55,714 nt of DNA from a virus: the IMG/VR virus record IMGVR_UViG_3300006169_000022, positions 1-55,714 of that record; one strand, given 5' to 3'. This document shows, piece after piece, positions 48,859 to 55,714 of this stretch. Positions within the stretch are counted from its first letter, which is position 1. Each line of letters begins with the position of its first letter. Position numbers and translations under genes: made by a program. The notes below the pieces were generated by a model. That model was given only the letters and a program-made list of their open reading frames with translations. It made no database searches and had not been told where the DNA came from.

Positions 48859-49485
48859 ATGGCAGCCACCGCTGTCCTGAGAGCGTCAACTTCCATATCC
48901 ATTGGTAGTGGGTTCTCGGGCCCCACCAATGCGTACGGCGATCCGAACTCCACATATTCTCTGTGGACATCCGCAGTTGGTGGTGCTACGGCTGCCGCTG
49001 GGTGGGATGGCTTCGGGGCACAGGCAGCGATTGGGTCGCAACCTCAGAGTATCGATTCGATCGATATTACTGTAGTTGCGCATGTCAACAACGCTACCCG
49101 AATCAGCAGCTTGACAGTTCAACTTCTCGATGGGACTACGCGGATCGGTTCACCGATCGCTCTGACCAGGTCCACTACGGTCGGATTTTCTCAGACAGTC
49201 ACCTTCACAGGCCCATTCACGTGGGCTCAGTTGGCAAATCTGGGCGTGGCTATCGATGCAGGAAAGAACTCCCAGAACCAATCCACTACTCTGAGTGTGG
49301 ATGCGTTCGGAATGGTGGTCAACTACACCCCCGTCCCGCCGCCTGGCGTGTTCGTCAAAGTCAGGAACGGCGCCAATGGCGCATTTTCTGACAAGCAAGT
49401 GTTCGTCCGTAATGGGGTCAATGGCCCCTTCGTTGCTGCGACCTCGATCAAGAAGCGTAGCGGCATCAACGGGTCATTCGTCTAA
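48859..49485 (+). CDS. Hypothetical virion-type protein, 208 aa
   Basis: Beta-rich Ser/Thr/Gly composition. C-terminal V(K/F)VRNG(A/V)NG(A/P)F repeats. Confidence 0.55.
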   Translation: MAATAVLRASTSISIGSGFSGPTNAYGDPNSTYSLWTSAVGGATAAAGWDGFGAQAAIGSQPQSIDSIDITVVAHVNNATRISSLTVQLLDGTTRIGSPIALTRSTTVGFSQTVTFTGPFTWAQLANLGVAIDAGKNSQNQSTTLSVDAFGMVVNYTPVPPPGVFVKVRNGANGAFSDKQVFVRNGVNGPFVAATSIKKRSGINGSFV

Positions 49486-49506
49486 CCAGAAAGGAGGAAC
49501 CGCTCT

Positions 49507-49977
49507 ATGGGAACTGAAACTGAGAACCAGCCATGGCAGGAGCAGGTTGACACCGCTCTCGCCCACTACGGGGTGAAGGGCATGCGCTGGGGCTTTCGGA
49601 AGTCTGAGCATGAGGGAGGAACCACCGCCAAGCGGGCCAAGGTTCCCGACTCGATCTCCCCGGACAAGCAGGCGGCGAATGCCGCGGCAGCTCGGATCAC
49701 TCAAAAGGGTGACACTTCGGCCCTGTCCAACAAGGAGCTCCAGCAGGTCGTCCAGCGGATGAACTTGGAGCAGCAGTACTCCCGACTGGCCGACAGCCCC
49801 GGGAAACTCAAGTCCGGCAGCAAGAAGGCCAAGGAGATCGTCGACGCCGTCAACACCGGCAAGACGGTCTACAGCATGACGCCCACCCCTGTCAAGACCA
49901 AGATCGGGAAGGCCCTTCGCGGGGCCCTCATCTCGACGGCGGTTCTGGCGGGCAAGGCGTACTACCGCAACAAGTAA
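49507..49977 (+). CDS. HYGVKGMRWG-motif protein 1 (paralog of 51762..52295), 156 aa
   Basis: GAAAGGAGG RBS. N-terminal ALAHYGVKGMRWG, a Lys-rich middle and a hydrophobic C-terminal helix. It sits where a small terminase would be expected, but I recognise no DNA-binding motif. Confidence 0.6.
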   Translation: MGTETENQPWQEQVDTALAHYGVKGMRWGFRKSEHEGGTTAKRAKVPDSISPDKQAANAAAARITQKGDTSALSNKELQQVVQRMNLEQQYSRLADSPGKLKSGSKKAKEIVDAVNTGKTVYSMTPTPVKTKIGKALRGALISTAVLAGKAYYRNK

Positions 49978-49995
49978 CAGAGAGGAGGGTTGGCG

Positions 49996-51765
49996 ATGGC
50001 TACCATCGTTGTCGACGGACACACTCTGTCCAACGACACGGTTCCGATCTACTACGGTCAGTTCCGTGATGCAGTAGTCCGTGGCGACATTCCGGTGAAC
50101 CGGGAGATCGCGGCGGAGATGAACCGCATCGACGCACTCATCGCCAACCCGAACATCTGGTACGACGCGGGCGCAATCGAGGGCTTCATCCGGTTCTGCG
50201 AGAAAGAGTGCACGCTCACCGACGGCAGTGATCTCCACATGCTGCCGATCTTCAAGGTGTGGGCTGAGCAGATCTTCAGCTGGTTCTACTTCGTCGAGAG
50301 ACAGGTCTACGAGCCAGGAGAGGACAACCATGGGGGCCGCTACGTCAACAAGACGGTCAAGAAGCGGCTGACCAACAAGCAATACCTGATCGTGGCCCGA
50401 GGTGCCGCCAAGTCGATGTATGTCTCTCTCATCCAGAACTACTTCCTCAACATCGACACCTCGACCACTCACCAGATCACGACTGCCCCTACCATGAAGC
50501 AGGCAGACGAGGTCATGTCCCCAATCCGGACCGCCATCACGCGGGCCAGGGGACCACTCTTCAAGTTCCTTACCGAGGGTTCGCTCCAGAACACCACTGG
50601 ATCTCGAGCCCTCCGGCAGAAGCTGGTGGCCACCAAGAAGGGCATCGAGAACTTCCTCACTGGATCGTTGCTCGAAGTCCGACCGATGACCATCAACAAG
50701 CTTCAGTCGCTGCGCACCAAGATCAACTCCGTCGATGAGTGGCTGTCGGGTGACATCCGAGAGGACGTCATCGGTGCTATCGAGCAGGGAGCGTCGAAGG
50801 TTGACGACTACCTGATCATCGCTGTCAGCTCCGAGGGAACGGTCCGAGCCGGTGCCGGCGACACAATCAAAATGGAACTGCATTCGATCCTCAAGGGCGA
50901 GTACAACGCGCCGCACATCTCGATCTGGCACTACAAGCTGGACGACTTGGAGGAGGTTGCGGATCCTGCCATGTGGCTGAAGGCGAACCCGAACTTGGGT
51001 AAGACTGTCAGTTACGAGACCTACCACTTGGACGTGGAACGAGCCGAGAAAGCACCTGCTTCCCGGAACGACATCCTCGCCAAGAGGTTTGGCATCCCCA
51101 TGGAGGGCTACACCTACTTCTTCACCTACGAAGAGACTGTGCCTCACCGTCCTCAGAAGTACTGGCAGATGCCCTGCTCCATGGGCGTGGACTTGTCGAT
51201 GGGTGACGACTTCTGTGCGTTCACTTTCCTCTTCCCTCTTGGGCGGGGGCGCTTCGGAATCAAGACCCGGAGCTATATTTCTTCGCTGACGCTGATGAAG
51301 CTCCCCGGGGCTATGCGTCAGAAGTACGACGAGTTCATCGCCGAAGGCAGCCTTCACGTTCTCGAGGGAACCATCCTCGACATGATGGAGGTGTACGACG
51401 ACCTCGATGCCTATATTCAGCAAGAAGAGTACGAGGTCAGTGCTGTGGGCTACGACCCCTACAACGCCAAGGAGTTCATCGAGAGATGGACAACTGAGAA
51501 CGGTGAATGGGGTGTCATGAAGGTCATCCAGGGGGCGAGGACTGAGTCTGTTCCTCTCGGCGAGCTGAAGAAGCTTTCCGAAGAGCGCATGCTCATATTC
51601 GACCAGATCCTGATGTCCTTCACCATGGGCCATGCCATCACGATCGAAGACACAAACGGCAACCGCAAGCTCTACAAGAAGCGCCAGGAAGAGAAGATCG
51701 ACAACGTCGCTGCTCTCATGGATGCTTTCGTCGCGTACAAGGCCAACAAGGAGGCTTTCGAATGA
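49996..51765 (+). CDS. Terminase large subunit, 589 aa
   Basis: ATG lies 6 nt after GAGGAGGG. YLIVARGAAKS (Walker A-like) and SVDEWLSG (Walker B-like). Nuclease half with GVDLSMGDDFCAF and DNVAALMDAF, Terminase_1-like organisation. Confidence 0.8.
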   Translation: MATIVVDGHTLSNDTVPIYYGQFRDAVVRGDIPVNREIAAEMNRIDALIANPNIWYDAGAIEGFIRFCEKECTLTDGSDLHMLPIFKVWAEQIFSWFYFVERQVYEPGEDNHGGRYVNKTVKKRLTNKQYLIVARGAAKSMYVSLIQNYFLNIDTSTTHQITTAPTMKQADEVMSPIRTAITRARGPLFKFLTEGSLQNTTGSRALRQKLVATKKGIENFLTGSLLEVRPMTINKLQSLRTKINSVDEWLSGDIREDVIGAIEQGASKVDDYLIIAVSSEGTVRAGAGDTIKMELHSILKGEYNAPHISIWHYKLDDLEEVADPAMWLKANPNLGKTVSYETYHLDVERAEKAPASRNDILAKRFGIPMEGYTYFFTYEETVPHRPQKYWQMPCSMGVDLSMGDDFCAFTFLFPLGRGRFGIKTRSYISSLTLMKLPGAMRQKYDEFIAEGSLHVLEGTILDMMEVYDDLDAYIQQEEYEVSAVGYDPYNAKEFIERWTTENGEWGVMKVIQGARTESVPLGELKKLSEERMLIFDQILMSFTMGHAITIEDTNGNRKLYKKRQEEKIDNVAALMDAFVAYKANKEAFE

Positions 51766-52295
51766 CACAGGAAAACTTCTCGACTCCCCAAGAGGCTCTG
51801 GCGCACTACGGCGTCAAGGGCATGCGCTGGGGTGTGACGACCAAGTCTGATTCCGGAGGGAAGTCCTCCAGCATCGGCAAGAACCCCGTTCGTGCGGCCT
51901 ACAAGTCGCAGAAGCAGGAGGGCAAGCGTCTCGACGAGAACGCAGCCAACAAGTCCGTTGGCCAGGCTCGCAAGGAGGTCCGTGAGGTCGGCAAGACCGC
52001 TCGGAGCATCATCAGTGAGTCGAAGCGTGCGCAGACCGAGGCCGGCCGTCAGGCTGCCGCCAAGCGCTACCAGAAGGAGGTCCTGAACACGATCAAGTCA
52101 GACGAGTTCAAGTCCACCTACCGCAAGGCCAGCACCATGGGCAAGGGCGAGATGGCAGCTCACGCCGTTGCTTTCGGGCCTCTCGCTCTGGTCACCATCC
52201 CCGCCGTCCGGTCCGGCTACAAGAAGATGTCCGAAGCCGGCTACGAGCTCGAGGTCGACATGGCCCACGACATTCTGCGTGAGATGCGCTCCTAG
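51762..52295 (+). CDS. HYGVKGMRWG-motif protein 2, 177 aa
   Basis: ATGA overlap with the terminase gene. N-terminal ALAHYGVKGMRWG, a Lys-rich middle and a hydrophobic C-terminal helix. Confidence 0.6.
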   Translation: MTQENFSTPQEALAHYGVKGMRWGVTTKSDSGGKSSSIGKNPVRAAYKSQKQEGKRLDENAANKSVGQARKEVREVGKTARSIISESKRAQTEAGRQAAAKRYQKEVLNTIKSDEFKSTYRKASTMGKGEMAAHAVAFGPLALVTIPAVRSGYKKMSEAGYELEVDMAHDILREMRS

Positions 52296-52328
52296 TCATC
52301 TCCTACGATCCAAGAAAGGAGGTGACCT

Positions 52329-53663
52329 ATGAGCGTCTTTGGACAGCTGAAGCACGCATGGAACGCATTTTTGGACCAGAACGAGACCTACCGAACTCGC
52401 CCCTATGACATGGGGACGAGCTACGGAACTCGACCTGATCGCGTTCGACTGCATGTCTCGAACGAGCGGTCGATCATCTCAGCCATCTACCTTCGGCTGG
52501 CCTTGGATCTGGCTTCGATCGATATTCGTCACGTTCGTCTCGACGAAGAGGGGCGCTTCACGGAAGACATCAACAGCGGCCTGCAGAACTGTCTGCAGGT
52601 CGAGGGTAACGTCGACCAGGCGGCTCAAGCATTTTTCATCGATGCCTATCTCACGATGTTCGACGAGGGCTGTATTGCCATCGTGCCTGTGGACACCGAC
52701 CTGGACCCGGAGGGCAACGGCAGCATCAACGTTCTGACGTGGCGCGTCGGAAGAATCGTTCAGTGGTTCCCGCGGCATGTCCGTCTCGATATTTACAACG
52801 ATCAGACGGGCCGTCGTGAGCAGGTGACCATGGCGAAGTCTGCCGTGGCCATCGTGGAGAACCCTCTCTACACCGTGATGAACGAGCCGAACTCGACTCT
52901 TCAGCGGCTTATTCGGAAGCTCGGGCTTCTGGACATGGTCGACGAGCAGTCGGGCTCGGGCAAGCTGGACATGATCGTTCAGCTTCCGTACGTCATCAAG
53001 TCGGAGAGCCGGCGAAAGCAGGCTGAGCAGCGCAGGCAGGACCTCGAGATCCAGCTGAGTGGTAGCAAGTACGGAATCGCCTACACGGATGGCTCCGAGA
53101 AGATCACTCAGCTCAACCGACCTGTCGAGAACAACCTCCTGAAGCAGATCGAGGTTCTCACCGACCTGCTCTACAGCCAGATGGGGCTCACCCCAGAGGT
53201 CATGCTCGGTACGGCGGAGGAAGCCGCCATGCTGAACTACATGAACAGGACCATCAATCCTCTTGTCACCGCCATGGTGCAGGAGCTCAAGCGGAAGTTC
53301 CTCAGCAAGACCGCACGGACTCAGCGCCAGTCGGTCGAGTACTTCCAGGACCTGTTCAAGCTGGTTCCGATGTCGGTTCTCGCCGAGATCGCCGACAAGT
53401 TCATCCGGAACGAGATCGCTACCTCGAACGAGTTCCGAGGATTCATCGGACTGAAGCCAGTCAAGGACAAGAAGGCCGACGAGCTGCGCAATCCCAACAT
53501 GCCAGCTCCACTCGACCAACCTGCCGCATCGGCAGCCACTGCTCCGGCTTCCGAGGGGCAGGAAGGAACGGACGACTTCGATCCGTTTGAAGGAATCAAT
53601 GCTGCGTTGGACGACGCATTCAAGAGTCTGGAGGGCCTGACCAATGGCGCAGGGCCAAGCTGA
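52329..53663 (+). CDS. Portal protein, 444 aa
   Basis: AAAGGAGGTGA RBS. Position after the large terminase; size; acidic C-terminal tail. Confidence 0.65.
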   Translation: MSVFGQLKHAWNAFLDQNETYRTRPYDMGTSYGTRPDRVRLHVSNERSIISAIYLRLALDLASIDIRHVRLDEEGRFTEDINSGLQNCLQVEGNVDQAAQAFFIDAYLTMFDEGCIAIVPVDTDLDPEGNGSINVLTWRVGRIVQWFPRHVRLDIYNDQTGRREQVTMAKSAVAIVENPLYTVMNEPNSTLQRLIRKLGLLDMVDEQSGSGKLDMIVQLPYVIKSESRRKQAEQRRQDLEIQLSGSKYGIAYTDGSEKITQLNRPVENNLLKQIEVLTDLLYSQMGLTPEVMLGTAEEAAMLNYMNRTINPLVTAMVQELKRKFLSKTARTQRQSVEYFQDLFKLVPMSVLAEIADKFIRNEIATSNEFRGFIGLKPVKDKKADELRNPNMPAPLDQPAASAATAPASEGQEGTDDFDPFEGINAALDDAFKSLEGLTNGAGPS

Positions 53664-54249
53664 CATGGACTCCCTGATCGAGTCCGGGATGGAAGCTGCG
53701 GAGGAGATTCTCCACCGAGCTGCCTACGATCCGGTCAAGGCCAGGGAGTACTACCTCAGAACCAGACAACTCAAAGGTCGTCGTCCAGCCGCTCAAGTCC
53801 AACCCTCTGGTCGTCGACCCGGGGGCGGCACGTCCAATGCCGGAATGCGTCCATCCAGGCGCAAGCAGCTGGAAGCTGAGAAGGCAAAACTCGAAAAGCG
53901 AATCGAAGAGCTGAAGCACGCCCTTGAGCTCCTTGTCGAAGCCGCTAAGAAGCGGGCCGGGGTCAAACCCGAGAAGGATGACAAGGATCCCAAGGAGACG
54001 GCTGACCGAAACTCGAAAGAGAAGAAAGGAAAGCCTCTCACCGAGAAGCAGAAGCGTGAGAAGCGTGAAGCAGCTCGGGAGCAGTACGAGAAAGAGAAGG
54101 GGATGACCCTTTCCGTGGAAGTCAGTCAACTGCGAGAGCAGGCGCAAGACATCCGCGCTCAACTGCAGGCTGCCATCGCCGATGCTCGGCAGAGGAAGCC
54201 TCATCCCAGTTCCAGTCAACCACACCAAACGGCATCGAACGGCCGTTGA
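53644..54249 (+). CDS. Scaffold-like coiled-coil, Lys/Glu-rich protein, 201 aa
   Basis: ATG lies 8 nt after GGAGGG. Located between the portal and capsid genes. Confidence 0.5.
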   Translation: MAQGQADMDSLIESGMEAAEEILHRAAYDPVKAREYYLRTRQLKGRRPAAQVQPSGRRPGGGTSNAGMRPSRRKQLEAEKAKLEKRIEELKHALELLVEAAKKRAGVKPEKDDKDPKETADRNSKEKKGKPLTEKQKREKREAAREQYEKEKGMTLSVEVSQLREQAQDIRAQLQAAIADARQRKPHPSSSQPHQTASNGR

Positions 54250-54275
54250 CACTCAACTGAAAGGAGACCGTCAAA

Positions 54276-55714
54276 ATGGAACCCGATTTCAGCGGGTACG
54301 CCACCAAGGCGGGTCTGAAGTGCTCAGACGGCCGAACGATTACTCGTGACGCCTTCGCGCACCAGGACAAGGTCAAGGTGCCGCTCGTGTGGCAGCACGC
54401 TCACAACGAGCCCACCAATGTGCTCGGCTACGCAATCCTGGAGCACCGTGACGAGACCCACCCCGACGGGGCTGGCGTCTACTGCAACGGCTACTTCAAC
54501 GAGAGCGAAGCCGGCAAGAGCGCGAAGATGCTGGTGACGCACGGTGACATCACCGCGCTGAGCATCTACGCCAACAACCTCGTGGAGAAGGCCAAGCAGG
54601 TCCTCCACGGGGCCATCCGAGAGGTTTCCCTGGTGCTTTCCGGTGCCAATCCTGGGGCCCTCATCGACAACGTTCGGATTGCCCACTCGGCAGACCCGAA
54701 TGACATCGAGACGCTGGAGGACGAGGCCGTGATCTACACGGGTCTCACCCTTCAGCACTCCGAAACCGCACCCGAGCCCGAGCCCGTCGTGGAGCCCGAG
54801 CCCGAGCCGGAGCCGGAGCCCGAGCCGGAGCCGGAGCCCGTCGTGGAGCACGCGGACCCCGACAACGAGACGGTGCAGGACGTCTACAACAGCCTGTCGC
54901 CGAAGCAGAAGGACGTTGTCCACTTCATGCTCGGAACTGCCATGGAGGGTACCGCCGACGGCGCTGCCCAGCACTCCGACACCATCACCGAGGACCACCT
55001 CACCCACCAGGAAGGAACTGACCACATGTCCCGCAACGTGTTCGACCAGAACGGCGTCAAGGCCGAAGGTCCCACGCTCAGCCACGCGCAGATCAAGTCG
55101 ATCTTCGACGACGCCCAGAAGAGGGGCTCCTTCAAGGAGGCCTTCCTCGCGCACGCCGAGGCCAACGACTACGGCATCACCGACATCGATCTGCTGTTCC
55201 CCGACGCCAAGAACGTCACCTCCACCCCGGAGTTCATCAGCCGGCGCATGGAGTGGGTTGCGAAGGTGCTCGACGGCGCCAAGCACTCCCCCTTCTCCCG
55301 GATCAAGTCGGTGCACGCCGACATCACCGCCGAGGAGGCCCGAGCCCGGGGTTACGTCAAGGGCAACCTCAAGAAGGACGAGGTCATCAAGCTGCTCAAG
55401 CGCGTGACCACGCCCACCACCGTCTACAAGAAGCAGAAGCTGGACCGCGATGACATCGTGGACATCACCGACTTCGACGTTGTCGTGTGGCTGAAGGGCG
55501 AGATGCGCCTCATGCTGGAGGAGGAGCTCGCGCGTGCGATCCTCATCGGCGATGGCCGCGAGCCTGACGACGAGGACAAGATCGACGAGGAGAAGATCCG
55601 CCCGATCGCGTGGGACAACGAGATGTACGCCCACCCCGTCACCCTGCCGGCCAACACCTCGGCCGAGGGCGTCGTCGAGTCCGTTCTGCGGGCCCGCAAG
55701 CACTACAAGGGCAC
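54276..55714 (+). CDS. Prohead protease (HK97 S78-type) fused through a (PE)n linker to the major capsid protein; 5-prime part, continues at nt 2..661
   Basis: ATG lies 9 nt after AAGGAG. Protease motifs VPLVWQHAH and REVSLVLSGANPGA. No stop before the window end. Not listed in the track because it is open-ended. Confidence 0.8.
   Translation, partial: MEPDFSGYATKAGLKCSDGRTITRDAFAHQDKVKVPLVWQHAHNEPTNVLGYAILEHRDETHPDGAGVYCNGYFNESEAGKSAKMLVTHGDITALSIYANNLVEKAKQVLHGAIREVSLVLSGANPGALIDNVRIAHSADPNDIETLEDEAVIYTGLTLQHSETAPEPEPVVEPEPEPEPEPEPEPEPVVEHADPDNETVQDVYNSLSPKQKDVVHFMLGTAMEGTADGAAQHSDTITEDHLTHQEGTDHMSRNVFDQNGVKAEGPTLSHAQIKSIFDDAQKRGSFKEAFLAHAEANDYGITDIDLLFPDAKNVTSTPEFISRRMEWVAKVLDGAKHSPFSRIKSVHADITAEEARARGYVKGNLKKDEVIKLLKRVTTPTTVYKKQKLDRDDIVDITDFDVVVWLKGEMRLMLEEELARAILIGDGREPDDEDKIDEEKIRPIAWDNEMYAHPVTLPANTSAEGVVESVLRARKHYKG
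54771..54848 (+). repeat. Pro-Glu dipeptide repeat linker (ccc/ccg-gag)n
   Basis: PEPEPVVEPEPEPEPEPEPEPEPVVE; gagcccgtcgtggagc occurs twice. Confidence 0.85.
55628..55714. repeat. Terminal assembly overlap, right copy (identical to 1-87)
   Basis: Exact 87-nt identity with the window start. Confidence 0.9.

Noticed and set aside
54771-54848. The (CCN-GAG)n tract as a hypervariable VNTR or slippage-based phase switch.
   Set aside because: It is in frame and imperfect at the nucleotide level (ccc/ccg alternate). It is simply explained as a flexible Pro-Glu linker between the protease and capsid domains.
1-55714. A lysogeny module (integrase, CI/Cro-type repressor, excisionase, attP).
   Set aside because: No tyrosine or serine recombinase motifs were found. 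There is no divergent promoter region, since all genes are co-oriented. The only regulators seen are a WhiB-like protein and one HTH protein inside the replication region. The phage is therefore probably lytic, although absence of evidence by eye is not proof.

Overview
This 55,714-nt window appears to be one complete GC-rich tailed-phage genome assembled as a circle. Nt 1-87 are repeated exactly at 55628-55714, so the unique length is about 55,627 bp. The prohead-protease/major-capsid fusion gene that runs off the right end (54276..) continues at nt 2-661. I support about 95 protein-coding genes, all on the + strand. The long minus-strand ORFs in the track are antisense artefacts of GC-rich coding DNA. 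Genes are tightly packed, with many ATGA/GTGA start-stop overlaps, AAGGAGG-type ribosome-binding sites and several GTG/TTG starts. A WhiB-like gene and actinophage-style minor-tail motifs suggest an actinobacterial host. I recognised no integrase, repressor, tRNA, rRNA or CRISPR array. In circular order the modules are: (1) a small-terminase-like gene plus HNH (45.3-46.0 kb); (2) two endolysins (46.05-47.4 kb); (3) connector and fibre-like genes (47.4-49.5 kb); (4) large terminase, portal, scaffold-like protein and the protease-capsid fusion (49.5 kb, across the junction, to 0.66 kb); (5) head-tail genes and three paralogous tail-tube-like genes interleaved with receptor-binding-type genes (0.7-7.2 kb); (6) tape measure, Dit and a Gp37-like tip protein (8.1-14.7 kb); (7) holin-like membrane proteins (14.7-16.0 kb); (8) an array of one-gene cassettes, each with the same promoter-like module and a hairpin terminator (16.0-21.9 kb, two more at 33.5-34.2 kb); (9) a replication/recombination region with an SF3-helicase/AEP-primase/PolB fusion, WhiB, an SSB-like protein, an SF2 helicase, an HNH homing endonuclease, and VRR-NUC and PD-(D/E)xK nucleases. 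The most interesting item is a 917-aa ORF (41284..44037) that carries both double-psi-barrel signatures of cellular RNA polymerase in one chain (HxxKG...VDMVVN and RxPH...ADFDGD). That makes it a YonO/QDE-1-like single-subunit RNAP candidate, and the genome holds ten copies of a non-sigma70-like promoter module it might read. All functional names come from motif recognition by eye, not from database searches, and all counts were made by eye.
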